From the NCBI GenBank assembly GCA_947631985.1, contig CANRNK010000001.1, forward strand, positions 1 through 58,661: a stretch of 58,661 bases of DNA, written 5' to 3'. Source of the stretch: an uncultured Lachnospiraceae bacterium. Lineage in GTDB: Bacteria > Bacillota > Clostridia > Lachnospirales > Lachnospiraceae. How positions within the stretch are numbered: the stretch's first letter is position 1; every line of letters starts with the position of its first letter. Below, in pieces: positions 16,594 through 26,728 of the stretch. Both the position numbers and the translations under genes were made by a program. The notes beneath the pieces were generated by a model. That model was not told the origin of the DNA. It saw only the letters and a list, made by a program, of their open reading frames with translations, and ran no database searches.

Positions 16594-19448
16594 AAAAAGA
16601 AAATCCCAAGATGCTACCTAGAAAAGATGTCATCAGAATCAAAGGGGCATGTGAAAACAATTTAAAAAATATCAGTTTGGAAATCCCGCGGAATGAGCTG
16701 GTAGTCCTAACCGGATTGTCTGGAAGTGGTAAGTCATCTCTGGCATTTGATACAATTTATGCAGAGGGACAGAGAAGGTATATGGAGTCACTTTCTTCCT
16801 ATGCCAGGCAATTCCTTGGCCAGATGGAGAAACCGAATGTTGAAAAAATTGAAGGATTATCTCCTGCAATTTCAATAGACCAAAAGTCTACGAACAGGAA
16901 TCCCCGTTCGACAGTTGGTACTGTGACCGAAATCTATGACTATTTCAGACTTCTTTATGCAAGAGTAGGCATACCTCATTGTCCGGAGTGTGGTAGAGAG
17001 ATCAAGAAACAGACCGTAGATCAGATGGTTGACCATATCATGCAGTTGCCGGAAGGAAGTAGAATTCAATTGCTGGCGCCTGTTGTGCGTGGAAAAAAGG
17101 GGGAACATGCTAAGATTTTTGACAGAGCAAAACGTAGCGGGTATGTCCGTGTCCGTGTGGATGGTAATTTATATGAATTGTCGGAAGAGCTAAAACTGGA
17201 TAAAAATTTAAAACACAATATTGAGATTATTGTTGACCGACTGGTTGTGAAAGAAGGAATTGAGCGAAGGCTCGCGGATTCCATTGAGAATGTCATGGAA
17301 TTAGCAGATGGATTGCTTCTAGTTGATGTGATTGATGGGGAGTCGCTCCATTTTAGTCAGAGTTTTTCCTGCCCTGATTGTAGTGTCAGTATTGATGAGA
17401 TTGAACCTAGAAGTTTTTCTTTTAACAATCCGTTTGGGGCATGCCCTGTCTGTGTTGGGTTGGGATATAAAATGGAATTTGATCCGGAATTGCTTATTCC
17501 AGATACTTCGCTTAGTCTGATGGAAGGCGCAATTACTGCGATGGGATGGCAATCCTGTACGGATCCTTCCAGTTACACATATGCAATCTTGAATGCGCTG
17601 GCAATGGAATACAAGTTCAAACTGACAACACCTTACCAGGAACTTCCGAAGAAAATACAGGACTTAATTATGTATGGAACGGGAAGCCGGCAGGTTAAAG
17701 TCTATTATAAAGGCCAACGTGGAGAAGGCGTTTATGATGTTACGTTTGAAGGGCTGATTAAAAATCTTCAGAGAAGATACAGGGAGACAGGTTCGGAGGG
17801 AATCAAACAAGAGTATGAAACGTTTATGCAGATTACGCCGTGCCAGGAGTGCAAGGGGATGAGGCTTAAAAAAGAATCCCTTGCGGTTACTGTCAGCAAT
17901 AAGAATATCTTTGAAGTGACCTCTATGTCTGTAACAGCCCTGTATGAGTTCATGGGGAAGATGGAACTTTCTAATCAACAACGGTTGATTGGAGATCAGG
18001 TACTAAAAGAAATTGAGGCGAGAGTTGGTTTTTTAAAAGATGTTGGACTCGAATATCTTTCCCTTTCCCGTGCGACGGGAACCTTATCGGGAGGAGAAGC
18101 CCAGAGAATCAGACTGGCAACGCAGATAGGTTCGGGCCTTGTGGGGGTATGCTATATCCTGGATGAACCAAGCATAGGCCTTCATCAGCGTGACAATGAC
18201 AAACTGCTGAAAACATTATTTCATTTGAGAGATTTGGGAAATAGTCTTCTGGTTGTAGAACATGACGAAGATACTATGATGGCGGCAGACTGTGTGGTAG
18301 ATATTGGCCCCGGTGCAGGAGAGCATGGTGGGGAAGTGATTGCGATTGGAACAGCAGAAGAAATCATGAAAAATCCAAGATCCATCACAGGGCAATATTT
18401 GAGTGGAAAGCTTCGTATTCCGGTTCCCGCTGTGAGAAAAAAACCAACCGGTCATCTTACGATAAGAGGAGCGAGGGAGAATAACCTTAAAAATATCACG
18501 GTGGAGATTCCGCTCGGAATTATGACCTGTGTAACAGGTGTCTCGGGATCTGGAAAAAGTTCACTTGTGAATGAAATTTTATACAAACATCTCGTGAAGA
18601 CACTAAACAGGGCGAGAACCATTGCAGGAAAACATGATGGGATCGATGGAATAGAACAACTGGATAAGGTAATTGATATCGACCAGTCACCAATTGGAAG
18701 AACACCAAGATCCAATCCTGCAACGTATACTGGTGTGTTTGATCAGATTAGGGATTTGTTTGCTTCTACAGCAGATGCTAAGGCAAAGGGATATAAAAAA
18801 GGAAGGTTTAGTTTTAATGTAAAAGGTGGACGATGCGAAGCATGTAGTGGAGATGGGATTTTGAAGATTGAAATGCATTTTCTGCCGGATGTCTATGTGC
18901 CATGCGAAGTATGCCAGGGGAAACGATACAATAGAGAAACACTTGACGTAAGATATAAAGGAAAGAGTATCTATGATGTGTTAGATATGACGGTGGAGGA
19001 AGCGTTGCCATTTTTCGAAGCGATTCCTTCTATTTCTCGAAAGATTGAGACCCTGCATGAGGTTGGACTTTCTTATATCAGACTTGGGCAACCCTCGACG
19101 ACGCTTTCGGGAGGAGAAGCCCAGCGAATCAAATTATCGACAGAACTTGCGAAAAGAAGCACAGGAAAAACAATCTATATTCTGGATGAACCAACGACAG
19201 GGCTTCATTTTGCGGATGTCCACAAGTTAACAACGATTCTGTCTAAACTTGTGGAAGGTGGTAATTCCGTTGTTGTGATTGAACATAATCTCGATGTGAT
19301 TAAAACAGCGGATTATATTATCGATATCGGACCTGAGGGTGGAGATCGTGGCGGACAGATTATAGCACAAGGAACGCCTGAAGAGGTGGCCAAGGTGAAG
19401 GAATCCTATACGGGGGCTTACATAGCAAGGATGCTTGCAAAGAAGTAA
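16590..19448 (+). CDS. uvrA: excinuclease ABC subunit A
   Basis: ATGA overlap with uvrB. 952 aa with two ABC modules ([18 protein letters not shown]; LSGGEAQRI twice) and zinc-finger CxxC pairs. Confidence 0.95.
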   Translation: MKKENPKMLPRKDVIRIKGACENNLKNISLEIPRNELVVLTGLSGSGKSSLAFDTIYAEGQRRYMESLSSYARQFLGQMEKPNVEKIEGLSPAISIDQKSTNRNPRSTVGTVTEIYDYFRLLYARVGIPHCPECGREIKKQTVDQMVDHIMQLPEGSRIQLLAPVVRGKKGEHAKIFDRAKRSGYVRVRVDGNLYELSEELKLDKNLKHNIEIIVDRLVVKEGIERRLADSIENVMELADGLLLVDVIDGESLHFSQSFSCPDCSVSIDEIEPRSFSFNNPFGACPVCVGLGYKMEFDPELLIPDTSLSLMEGAITAMGWQSCTDPSSYTYAILNALAMEYKFKLTTPYQELPKKIQDLIMYGTGSRQVKVYYKGQRGEGVYDVTFEGLIKNLQRRYRETGSEGIKQEYETFMQITPCQECKGMRLKKESLAVTVSNKNIFEVTSMSVTALYEFMGKMELSNQQRLIGDQVLKEIEARVGFLKDVGLEYLSLSRATGTLSGGEAQRIRLATQIGSGLVGVCYILDEPSIGLHQRDNDKLLKTLFHLRDLGNSLLVVEHDEDTMMAADCVVDIGPGAGEHGGEVIAIGTAEEIMKNPRSITGQYLSGKLRIPVPAVRKKPTGHLTIRGARENNLKNITVEIPLGIMTCVTGVSGSGKSSLVNEILYKHLVKTLNRARTIAGKHDGIDGIEQLDKVIDIDQSPIGRTPRSNPATYTGVFDQIRDLFASTADAKAKGYKKGRFSFNVKGGRCEACSGDGILKIEMHFLPDVYVPCEVCQGKRYNRETLDVRYKGKSIYDVLDMTVEEALPFFEAIPSISRKIETLHEVGLSYIRLGQPSTTLSGGEAQRIKLSTELAKRSTGKTIYILDEPTTGLHFADVHKLTTILSKLVEGGNSVVVIEHNLDVIKTADYIIDIGPEGGDRGGQIIAQGTPEEVAKVKESYTGAYIARMLAKK

Positions 19449-19557
19449 ATAAAAGAAATAAAAGTAGCAAGTGACAAAGTGATAAAAAAGATGTGATTTT
19501 GCTATCATGTTTTAGCAATGGTTGGCCGATATATTTTTTAGTAAAATAGGTTGCATG

Positions 19558-19617
19558 GATGCACAAGCGCTTGGAACGGAAGGAACCGTTGCAGACTTGT
19601 GCATCTTTGCGTTTTTT
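19558..19617 (+). terminator. rho-independent terminator after uvrA
   Basis: GATGCACAAG / CTTGTGCATC 10-bp stem around an inner AACGG/CCGTT helix, followed by TTTGCGTTTTTT. Confidence 0.7.
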
Positions 19618-19645
19618 AAAATTGTATTAAATTTGTGAAAACCCT

Positions 19646-19673
19646 TTGAAAATCGATGCTTATAGCGTATAAT
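19646..19673 (+). promoter_or_regulatory. candidate sigma-A promoter for mreB/mbl
   Basis: TTGAAA (19646-19651), 16-nt spacer, TATAAT (19668-19673). Confidence 0.55.
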
Positions 19674-19740
19674 AAGCTAGTATGTTTCGCGAATAAAACG
19701 ATTCAGTGATGATAGATATCTATAGAAAGGGGTTACATAA

Positions 19741-20736
19741 ATGCAATATACAGACATCGGTATCGATTTAGGTACAGCAAGTATTTTAGTATATATAAGA
19801 GGAAAAGGGGTTGTATTAAAAGAACCTTCAGTAGTCGCATTTGATAGAGACACCAATAAAATAAGAGCAATTGGGGAAGAAGCAAGACTGATGCTTGGAA
19901 GAACACCAGGTAATATTGTAGCAGTCAGACCACTTCGCCAGGGTGTAATTTCCGATTATACTGTAACTGAAAAAATGATGAAATATTTTATCCAGAAAGC
20001 CCTTGGCAAGAGAACTTTTCGTAAACCAAGAATCGCAATCTGTGTTCCGAGTGGTGTAACAGAAGTTGAGAAGAAAGCAGTAGAAGATGCAACCTATCAG
20101 GCAGGAGCCAGAGAAGTTTCTGTGATTGAAGAACCAATTGCTGCTGCGATTGGGGCGGGAATTGACATTTCCAAACCTTGTGGAAATATGATTGTTGATA
20201 TTGGTGGAGGTACTTCTGATATTGCTGTAATTTCACTTGGAGGAACGGTTGTAAGTGCATCCATTAAGATTGCAGGGGATGACTTTGACGAGGCACTTAT
20301 TCGTCATATGAGAAAAAAACATAACCTACTAATTGGTGAGAGAACTGCAGAAGACATGAAGATTAAAATCGGGTCCTGCTTTAAACGCAGTGAAGTTGAC
20401 TATATGGATGTAAAGGGAAGAAATCTTGTGACAGGTCTTCCGAAAGTAGTTAAAGTATCTTCAGAAGAAACGGAAGAAGCGTTAAGAGAAACGACATCAC
20501 AGATTATTGAAGCAATTCACAGTGTTTTGGAAAAGACACCACCTGAACTGGCAGCCGATATTGCAGACAGGGGAATTGTTTTGACTGGCGGTGGAAGTTT
20601 ACTTCGTGGGCTTGAGGAATTAATTTCCTCCAAGACCGGAATTAATACCATGACAGCCGAAGATCCTATGACAACGGTTGCAATTGGTACGGGTAAGTAC
20701 GTTGAATTCTTAGCTGGATATAGAGAAGACAATTGA
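19741..20736 (+). CDS. mreB: rod-shape-determining actin homologue MreB/Mbl
   Basis: IGIDLGTASILVY, VAVRPLRQGVISDY, DIGGGTSDIAVISLGG and GIVLTGGGSLLRGL motifs. Confidence 0.9.
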   Translation: MQYTDIGIDLGTASILVYIRGKGVVLKEPSVVAFDRDTNKIRAIGEEARLMLGRTPGNIVAVRPLRQGVISDYTVTEKMMKYFIQKALGKRTFRKPRIAICVPSGVTEVEKKAVEDATYQAGAREVSVIEEPIAAAIGAGIDISKPCGNMIVDIGGGTSDIAVISLGGTVVSASIKIAGDDFDEALIRHMRKKHNLLIGERTAEDMKIKIGSCFKRSEVDYMDVKGRNLVTGLPKVVKVSSEETEEALRETTSQIIEAIHSVLEKTPPELAADIADRGIVLTGGGSLLRGLEELISSKTGINTMTAEDPMTTVAIGTGKYVEFLAGYREDN

Positions 20737-20807
20737 TTTTTGCAGGAGGAGTTAACTGCGATGATACAGTTGGTATCAATGATTAAGAAGGTTTTGGAGG
20801 GGTTGCC

Positions 20808-21581
20808 GTGTTAAAAGGTCTATATACTGCCTATTCAGGTATGCTAAATGAACAGAATAGAATGGATGTCCTGACAAATAATCTGGCCAACTCCGCCACG
20901 ATTGGGTTTAAAAAAGAAGGATCTACCAGCCAATCATTTAAAGATGTTCTGGCTTATAAGATCAAGGATACTTCAGAAAATCCAAATATTGGAAGAAGTA
21001 TTGGGTATAATACGCCAGGTGTGAAAATTGGAGAAAATTATACTGATTATAGTCAGGGGGCATTTAAAGAAACTGAGAATTCGTTGGATCTTGCATTATC
21101 AGGAAGTGGATTTTTTGAAATTGAATTCACCAACAAAGCAGGCGAAACTTCTACAAAGTACACCAGAGATGGTTCGTTTACCATGAATGAACAGGGAGAT
21201 CTGGTTACAAAAGATGGAGATTTTGTACTTGGTACCAATGGAAAGATTAGATTAAACCCTTTATTAGAGACCTCTATTACACAGAGTGGAAATGTTGTTC
21301 AAAATGGAGTTACAGTAGCAACACTGCAGATTACAGATTTTGAAGATGCTGACTATTTAGAACACTATGGCGAAAACATGTACCAGACTGTGGAGGGCGC
21401 AACAGAAGTAGATTCCACGGCAAAAGTTTTTTCGGGATATCTCGAGACGTCAAATGTACAGGTGGTTTCGGAAATGGTTCAGATGATTGCGGTTACAAGA
21501 GCATACGAATCAAACCAGAAGCTCATACAGGCATATGACACAACCTTAGATACCACAGTGAATACACTTGGCAGGTTATAG
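20808..21581 (+). CDS. flgF: flagellar basal-body rod protein (FlgF/FlhO-like)
   Basis: GTG start after GGAGGGG. N-terminal rod motif LTNNLANSATIGFKKE and C-terminal LETSNVQVVSEMVQMIAVTRAYESNQK. Confidence 0.8.
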   Translation: MLKGLYTAYSGMLNEQNRMDVLTNNLANSATIGFKKEGSTSQSFKDVLAYKIKDTSENPNIGRSIGYNTPGVKIGENYTDYSQGAFKETENSLDLALSGSGFFEIEFTNKAGETSTKYTRDGSFTMNEQGDLVTKDGDFVLGTNGKIRLNPLLETSITQSGNVVQNGVTVATLQITDFEDADYLEHYGENMYQTVEGATEVDSTAKVFSGYLETSNVQVVSEMVQMIAVTRAYESNQKLIQAYDTTLDTTVNTLGRL

Positions 21582-21598
21582 AGAGGCAGGAGATATAA

Positions 21599-22417
21599 AT
21601 GATTAGATCTTTATGGACTGCGGCATCGGGAATGATTGCCCAGCAGACAAATGTTGATACGATTGCGAATAATCTTTCAAATGTGAATACGACAGGATAC
21701 AAAACAGAGGTCGCTGAATTTAAGTCACTACTCTACCAGACACTGCAGACCAAGACGACTTCAGCAAATGGTGAGAACAAACCAGTTGGTGCCCAGGTTG
21801 GACTCGGCGTTCGTAATTCTGCAATCACATCACAATTCACACAAGGAAGCATGCTGGCTTCGGCGAGTCAGACCTCTTTTGCGATTGAGGGAGATGGATT
21901 TTTCGCTGTACGGGGTCAGGATAATGTAATTCATTATACCAGAAATGGTAACTTCACCATGGCAAAGGGAGCAAACGGTACGACGACACTTGCGACGACA
22001 GATGGGTTGCCAGTTTTAAATTCGGCGGGGGCTCCAATTACATTTGCAGCCAATCTGGATGTGAATAAAATCTCTGCATCTTCAGATGGACAATTTCTTT
22101 ATCCAGATGCAAACAATAATCTCCAGCCACTTGGCGTCAGAATTGGATTATATCAGTTCACGAATCCTTCAGGCCTGGATAAAACAGATAGTAGCCTATA
22201 TCTTGCGACGGCAGCTAGCGGGGTAGCCTTAAATGAAGCGACCAATGCAAACCTGACAGACAGTAAAATCAACCAGGGATACTTGGAAGGTTCCAATGTG
22301 CAGGTGGCAGATGAGATGGTGAATCTAATCGTGGCACAGAGAGCATATGAGCTCAACTCCAAAGCAATTCAAGCCTCAGATGAAATGATGCAACAGGCAA
22401 ACTCACTTAGGAGATAG
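21599..22417 (+). CDS. flgG: flagellar basal-body rod protein FlgG (FlhP-like)
   Basis: IANNLSNVNTTGYK N-terminal motif and C-terminal LEGSNVQVADEMVNLIVAQRAYELNSK. Confidence 0.85.
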   Translation: MIRSLWTAASGMIAQQTNVDTIANNLSNVNTTGYKTEVAEFKSLLYQTLQTKTTSANGENKPVGAQVGLGVRNSAITSQFTQGSMLASASQTSFAIEGDGFFAVRGQDNVIHYTRNGNFTMAKGANGTTTLATTDGLPVLNSAGAPITFAANLDVNKISASSDGQFLYPDANNNLQPLGVRIGLYQFTNPSGLDKTDSSLYLATAASGVALNEATNANLTDSKINQGYLEGSNVQVADEMVNLIVAQRAYELNSKAIQASDEMMQQANSLRR

Positions 22418-22445
22418 TCTTGAGTTCATAAAATAGGAGGTTGTT

Positions 22446-22787
22446 ATGGATATAAGTGGAATGGGATCGATGTATACGGATTACCTTGCTGAGGCGGCGG
22501 ATACTTCAATACAGGATACGGCAGCGAAGAAAATAAATGGTGCAAGTGGTACAGATGAAGAGTTAATGGAAGTTTGCAAGGAATTTGAGTCCTATTTTTT
22601 GGAACAGGTTTTTAAAGAAATGAATAAGACAGTTGATCTGACTGGTTCAGAAGATTCCTCCAATAAAGCATTGCTGGATTATTATGAGGACACTATGATT
22701 AAGGATTTGGCAGCTCAGTCCACAGAGCAGGAAAGCCTTGGACTTGCACAAACTTTATATGAACAAATGAAACGTAATTATGATTGA
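22446..22787 (+). CDS. flagellar rod-binding protein (FlgJ N-terminal-domain-like)
   Basis: 113 aa. EFESYFLEQVFKEM...LGLAQTLYEQM matches the Rod_binding domain pattern. AGGAGG RBS. Confidence 0.65.
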   Translation: MDISGMGSMYTDYLAEAADTSIQDTAAKKINGASGTDEELMEVCKEFESYFLEQVFKEMNKTVDLTGSEDSSNKALLDYYEDTMIKDLAAQSTEQESLGLAQTLYEQMKRNYD

Positions 22788-22806
22788 TAGAAAAGATGAA
22801 TAACAG

Positions 22807-22829
22807 GGGCTGCTTTTTGCAGCCCTTTT
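22807..22829 (+). terminator. rho-independent terminator
   Basis: GGGCTGC-TTTTT-GCAGCCC followed by TTTT. Confidence 0.7.
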
Positions 22830-22859
22830 GCGCGCAAATCACTTTGAAGGAGCAATTCT

Positions 22860-25106
22860 ATGACCGAGATAAAAGGGTATGTAGATCACATTATCTATAA
22901 AAATGCCGAAAATGGATATTCTGTGTTTGTTTTAATTGCAGATGACGATGAAGTGACCTGTGTCGGGTTTGTAAAATCATTGGACCAGGGAGAGACAATA
23001 GAAGCGCAAGGGGAATACATTGAGCATGCAATCTATGGCGATCAGTTCAAAATTATGCAATATCAGGTTGTGGCACCACAGGATCAAATCAGCATTGAGA
23101 GGTACCTTGGATCTGGTGCAATCAAGGGAATTGGACCGGCACTTGCTGCCAGAATTGTAAAAAAATATAAAGAGGATACCTTTCGGATTATAGAGGAAGA
23201 ACCAGAGCGACTTGCTGAGATTAAAGGTGTAAGTAATCGTATGGCACGAGAAATCGCCCAGCAAATGGAAGAAAAAAAGGAAATGCGCGAGGCAATGATT
23301 TTCCTTCAGAAATACGGTATATCTAACACACTTGCAATTAAAATATATAATCGTTATGGAATGGGACTGTATGGTGTGATGAAAGAGAATCCATACAGAT
23401 TGGCAGAAGATATTTCTGGAATCGGATTTCGAATTGCAGATGAGATTGCAAGTAAAATTGGAATTCACACTGATTCGGATTATCGGATTAGAAGTGGTGT
23501 GCTATATATTCTTTTGCTTGCAATGAATGATGGTCATCTCTACCTTCCGGAAGAAACACTTCTCGAAAAAACACAGGAACTTCTTGGTGTTACCGCTGAT
23601 ATGATCAGACCACATTTGTCAAATCTGATGATGGATCGCAAGCTGATGATCAAGCTACAACAGGGAATCAATCAGATTTATGCATCTTCAAACTATTATG
23701 CAGAATTAACCTGTGCAAGAATGGTTCACGACTTAAGCCACGGAGCGGAAATTGCTGGGGAATTACTTCCTTCGGAAAAAGAAAGAATAGTAAAAAAAAT
23801 AGAGCTTCTTGAAAAAGAAAGTGGATTTTTACTGGATGATCTTCAAAAAAATGCGGTACTAGAAAGTGTCTGTAATGGTCTTTTTATTCTTTCGGGAGGA
23901 CCTGGAACAGGAAAAACGACAACGATAAATATGATGCTTAAGTTATTTGAATCTGAGGGGATGGACATTATGCTGGCGGCACCAACGGGCAGAGCGGCAA
24001 AACGAATGACGGAAGCAACAGGATATGAAGCGAGGACAATCCATCGCCTGCTTGAACTAAATGGTGCGATGGCGGAGGAAGAAGGAAAGCGAGCCTCATT
24101 TGAGAAAAATGAAGAAAACCCAATCGAAGCAGATGTGCTGATTATTGATGAAATGTCAATGGTCGATACCTTTTTGTTCCAGTCACTTCTAAAGGCGGTG
24201 ATACCAGGTACCAGGTTAATTATGGTAGGAGATGTGAATCAGCTTCCGTCAGTAGGACCGGGGCAAATTTTAAAAGATCTGATTCGAAGCAACTGTATTC
24301 CGGTGGTTATCCTTAAGAAGATTTTCAGGCAAGCCGGAGAGAGTGACATTATTGTGAATGCGCATCGGATAAACGAGGGAAAGGAAATTAACTGTGATAA
24401 TAAAAGTCGGGATTTTTTCTTTTTAGAGAGGTCAGATCCAAACGTAATCTATAAACACATGGTACAGCTGATTGTGGAAAAACTACCACCTTATGTCAGC
24501 GCAAAACCATACGATATACAGGTTTTAACACCGATGAGAAAGGGCTCCCTGGGTGTTGAAACGTTGAACAAGATCCTGCAACAACACTTGAATCCCCCTT
24601 CCGAAAAAAAGAAAGAGTACCAAAGCCAGACAACCTTATTCCGAGAGGGAGACAAGGTGATGCAGATTCGAAATAACTACCAGCTGGAATGGGAAATTGT
24701 CAGCAAATATGGAATACCGATTGATAAAGGAATTGGTGTCTTTAATGGAGATATGGGTGTGGTCAGAGAAATCAATCCTTACGCAGAAAATCTTGTGGTG
24801 GAATATGATGAATCAAAACGCATCACTTACCCATTTCTTCAGCTTGAAGAACTGGAAATGGCGTACGCCATTACAATTCACAAATCACAGGGAAGCGAAT
24901 ATCCGGCCGTAATTATTCCGATTTTAACAGGTCCCAGAATGCTTTTTAATCGAAATCTGCTATACACAGGAGTAACACGTGCAAAACAATGCGTCACCTT
25001 GTTAGGAAGCAGGAAAATGATATCTGAAATGATAGCGAATCAGAATGAACAAAAAAGATTCTCGGGACTTGCTGACAGGATGAAGGAAATTGAGAGCGCT
25101 ATTTAG
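22860..25106 (+). CDS. recD2: RecD2-type SF1B ATP-dependent DNA helicase (YrrC-like)
   Basis: 748 aa. HhH region GSGAIKGIGPALAARI, Walker A GGPGTGKTT, LIIDEMSMVD, and C-terminal AITIHKSQGSEYP...YTGVTRAK. Confidence 0.85.
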   Translation: MTEIKGYVDHIIYKNAENGYSVFVLIADDDEVTCVGFVKSLDQGETIEAQGEYIEHAIYGDQFKIMQYQVVAPQDQISIERYLGSGAIKGIGPALAARIVKKYKEDTFRIIEEEPERLAEIKGVSNRMAREIAQQMEEKKEMREAMIFLQKYGISNTLAIKIYNRYGMGLYGVMKENPYRLAEDISGIGFRIADEIASKIGIHTDSDYRIRSGVLYILLLAMNDGHLYLPEETLLEKTQELLGVTADMIRPHLSNLMMDRKLMIKLQQGINQIYASSNYYAELTCARMVHDLSHGAEIAGELLPSEKERIVKKIELLEKESGFLLDDLQKNAVLESVCNGLFILSGGPGTGKTTTINMMLKLFESEGMDIMLAAPTGRAAKRMTEATGYEARTIHRLLELNGAMAEEEGKRASFEKNEENPIEADVLIIDEMSMVDTFLFQSLLKAVIPGTRLIMVGDVNQLPSVGPGQILKDLIRSNCIPVVILKKIFRQAGESDIIVNAHRINEGKEINCDNKSRDFFFLERSDPNVIYKHMVQLIVEKLPPYVSAKPYDIQVLTPMRKGSLGVETLNKILQQHLNPPSEKKKEYQSQTTLFREGDKVMQIRNNYQLEWEIVSKYGIPIDKGIGVFNGDMGVVREINPYAENLVVEYDESKRITYPFLQLEELEMAYAITIHKSQGSEYPAVIIPILTGPRMLFNRNLLYTGVTRAKQCVTLLGSRKMISEMIANQNEQKRFSGLADRMKEIESAI

Positions 25107-25184
25107 AGGGGAGCCAACATAGACAATATTCATCAAAGCTTAAGAAATTATTCGCAAAGATTATATCAATTTTTGATAGAGTTA

Positions 25185-25865
25185 ATGTTTCCGAGACACT
25201 GCCCAGCATGCGATACAATCGTGACTCCGTACGGGAACCTGATTTGTGAGAGTTGCCATAATCAAATGAGATATCTTGGAAATGTATCTTGCAAAAAATG
25301 TGGAAAAAAACTGAAAACTGCACAGGATGAATACTGCTATGACTGTATTCGGAAAACACATTTATTTGATCAGGGCAGAGCACTCTATGAATATGAATCA
25401 ATACGCCTTGGTCTTTATAGATTGAAATATGGTGGAAGAAAAGAATATGCTGAATTTTTTGCAAAAGAGTTATCCCTGTTTTTTAAGGAACAGATTAAGG
25501 TGTGGGATGCGGATGCACTGGTGCCGGTGCCGCTCCACAGATCGCGTGAACGTAGGCGCGGATATAACCAGGCGCAACTTCTGGCAGAACATCTGGGGAA
25601 ACAATTGGGAATTCCTGTCTGTTCTAATCTAATAAAACGCCGGAAAAGAACAATTCCACAAAAGGAGCTGACACTTCCCCAAAGGCAAAATAATTTGAAA
25701 AAGGCTTTCAAATTATGTCGAAATGATGTAAAATTAAGAGCGATTATAATTATTGACGACATCTTTACAACGGGTAGCACAATGGATGCCATGGCATTAG
25801 AATTTAAGCAGGCCGGCGTCGAAAATATATATTTTATCACCCTGGCTATCGGGGAAGGTTTTTAA
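25185..25865 (+). CDS. comFC: ComF-family phosphoribosyltransferase-domain protein (ComFC-like)
   Basis: N-terminal CxxC pairs (CPACD, CESC, CKKCG, CYDC) and PRT motif IIIIDDIFTTGST. Start is uncertain (TTG 25173 or ATG 25185). Confidence 0.8.
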   Translation: MFPRHCPACDTIVTPYGNLICESCHNQMRYLGNVSCKKCGKKLKTAQDEYCYDCIRKTHLFDQGRALYEYESIRLGLYRLKYGGRKEYAEFFAKELSLFFKEQIKVWDADALVPVPLHRSRERRRGYNQAQLLAEHLGKQLGIPVCSNLIKRRKRTIPQKELTLPQRQNNLKKAFKLCRNDVKLRAIIIIDDIFTTGSTMDAMALEFKQAGVENIYFITLAIGEGF

Positions 25866-25884
25866 AATACGAGGAGGAATGACC

Positions 25885-26289
25885 ATGAACGTAAGAAATT
25901 GCAGAAAATGTGGAAAAATATTTAACTATGTGGTTGGTCCACCAATCTGTCCTGTATGTCGGGAAGCAGTTGAAGCCAAATTTCAGGATGTGAAGAAATA
26001 TGTACAGGATAACAAAAATGTAGGAATTCCAGAAATAGCAAGAGAGTGTGAAGTGGAAATATCACAGATTCAGGCATGGATTCGTGATGAAAGACTTGTG
26101 TTTTCCGCTGATTCGCCGATTGGGATAGAATGCGAAAACTGTAGTACAATGATTAAAACTGGAAGATTTTGTGATAAATGCAAAGCAGACATGGCAAGAG
26201 GCTTTAACCCACAAGTAAAAAGAGAGCCTGCCCAGACATTTAAAAAAGAAACAAAAGATACCCCGAAAATGAGGTTCCTAGATAAGTAA
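25885..26289 (+). CDS. YvyF-like flagellar-operon zinc-ribbon protein (TIGR03826-type)
   Basis: AGGAGG lies 7 nt before ATG 25885. NCRKCGKIFNYVVGPPICPVCRE plus a second CxxC...CxxC. Same position after comFC as yvyF in B. subtilis. Confidence 0.65.
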   Translation: MNVRNCRKCGKIFNYVVGPPICPVCREAVEAKFQDVKKYVQDNKNVGIPEIARECEVEISQIQAWIRDERLVFSADSPIGIECENCSTMIKTGRFCDKCKADMARGFNPQVKREPAQTFKKETKDTPKMRFLDK

Positions 26290-26304
26290 AGGATGTGAGC
26301 AGGA

Positions 26305-26703
26305 ATGCTGAATGAAGATAGAATTATTTTGATGACGCATATGGCTTCATACGAAGAGAACGAAGGCCGGAAAAATGTAGCAATTGGAAGTTATTTTCGA
26401 GGCGATTATATAGGGTTACAGCTTCTCAAGTCGGTAATTAATTTCACCGTTGCGTTTGTTCTTGTTGTTACCTTGGTTATTTTTTATGATTTTGGAACTT
26501 TCATGCAGGATATTTATAAAACGGATCTGATGGAACTTGGCAAGATGTTAATTAAAACATATCTTGCTTCTATGGTTGTATATATTACAATTTCCTATCT
26601 TGTCTATTTTTACAAGTACAATCAGGCTAAAATAAGCTTGAAAAATTATTACAACCGTTTAAAACAGCTTTCTTATCTTTACGAAGAAGAAAGCAGAAAA
26701 TGA
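26305..26703 (+). CDS. hypothetical two-TM membrane protein (132 aa)
   Basis: Two hydrophobic helices (INFTVAFVLVVTLVIFY, YLASMVVYITISYLVYF). No family recognised. Confidence 0.5.
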   Translation: MLNEDRIILMTHMASYEENEGRKNVAIGSYFRGDYIGLQLLKSVINFTVAFVLVVTLVIFYDFGTFMQDIYKTDLMELGKMLIKTYLASMVVYITISYLVYFYKYNQAKISLKNYYNRLKQLSYLYEEESRK

Positions 26704-26728
26704 AGCAGGCTTTTGAAAGGATAGTATC

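Noticed and set aside
19480-19617. Possible small RNA or alternative-pairing switch after uvrA. TGCAT-GG-ATGCA competes with the terminator stem, and there is an upstream TTGCTA/TAGCAA hairpin.
   Set aside because: There is no upstream promoter, and the structures are adequately explained as the uvrA terminator region. I cannot evaluate it further without expression data.
20761-20814. 17-codon upstream ORF overlapping the flgF GTG start
   Set aside because: The spacing to AGGAGG is poor (11 nt) and the peptide is not recognisable. The FlgF N-terminus from the GTG start matches the conserved rod-protein motif.
22977-23468. 163-aa reverse-strand ORF inside recD2. Similar cases occur at 30664-31128 in glmM, 16026-16454 in uvrB and 4130-4492 in glnN.
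   Set aside because: All lie antisense within strongly motif-supported conserved genes and have low-complexity, motif-free translations.
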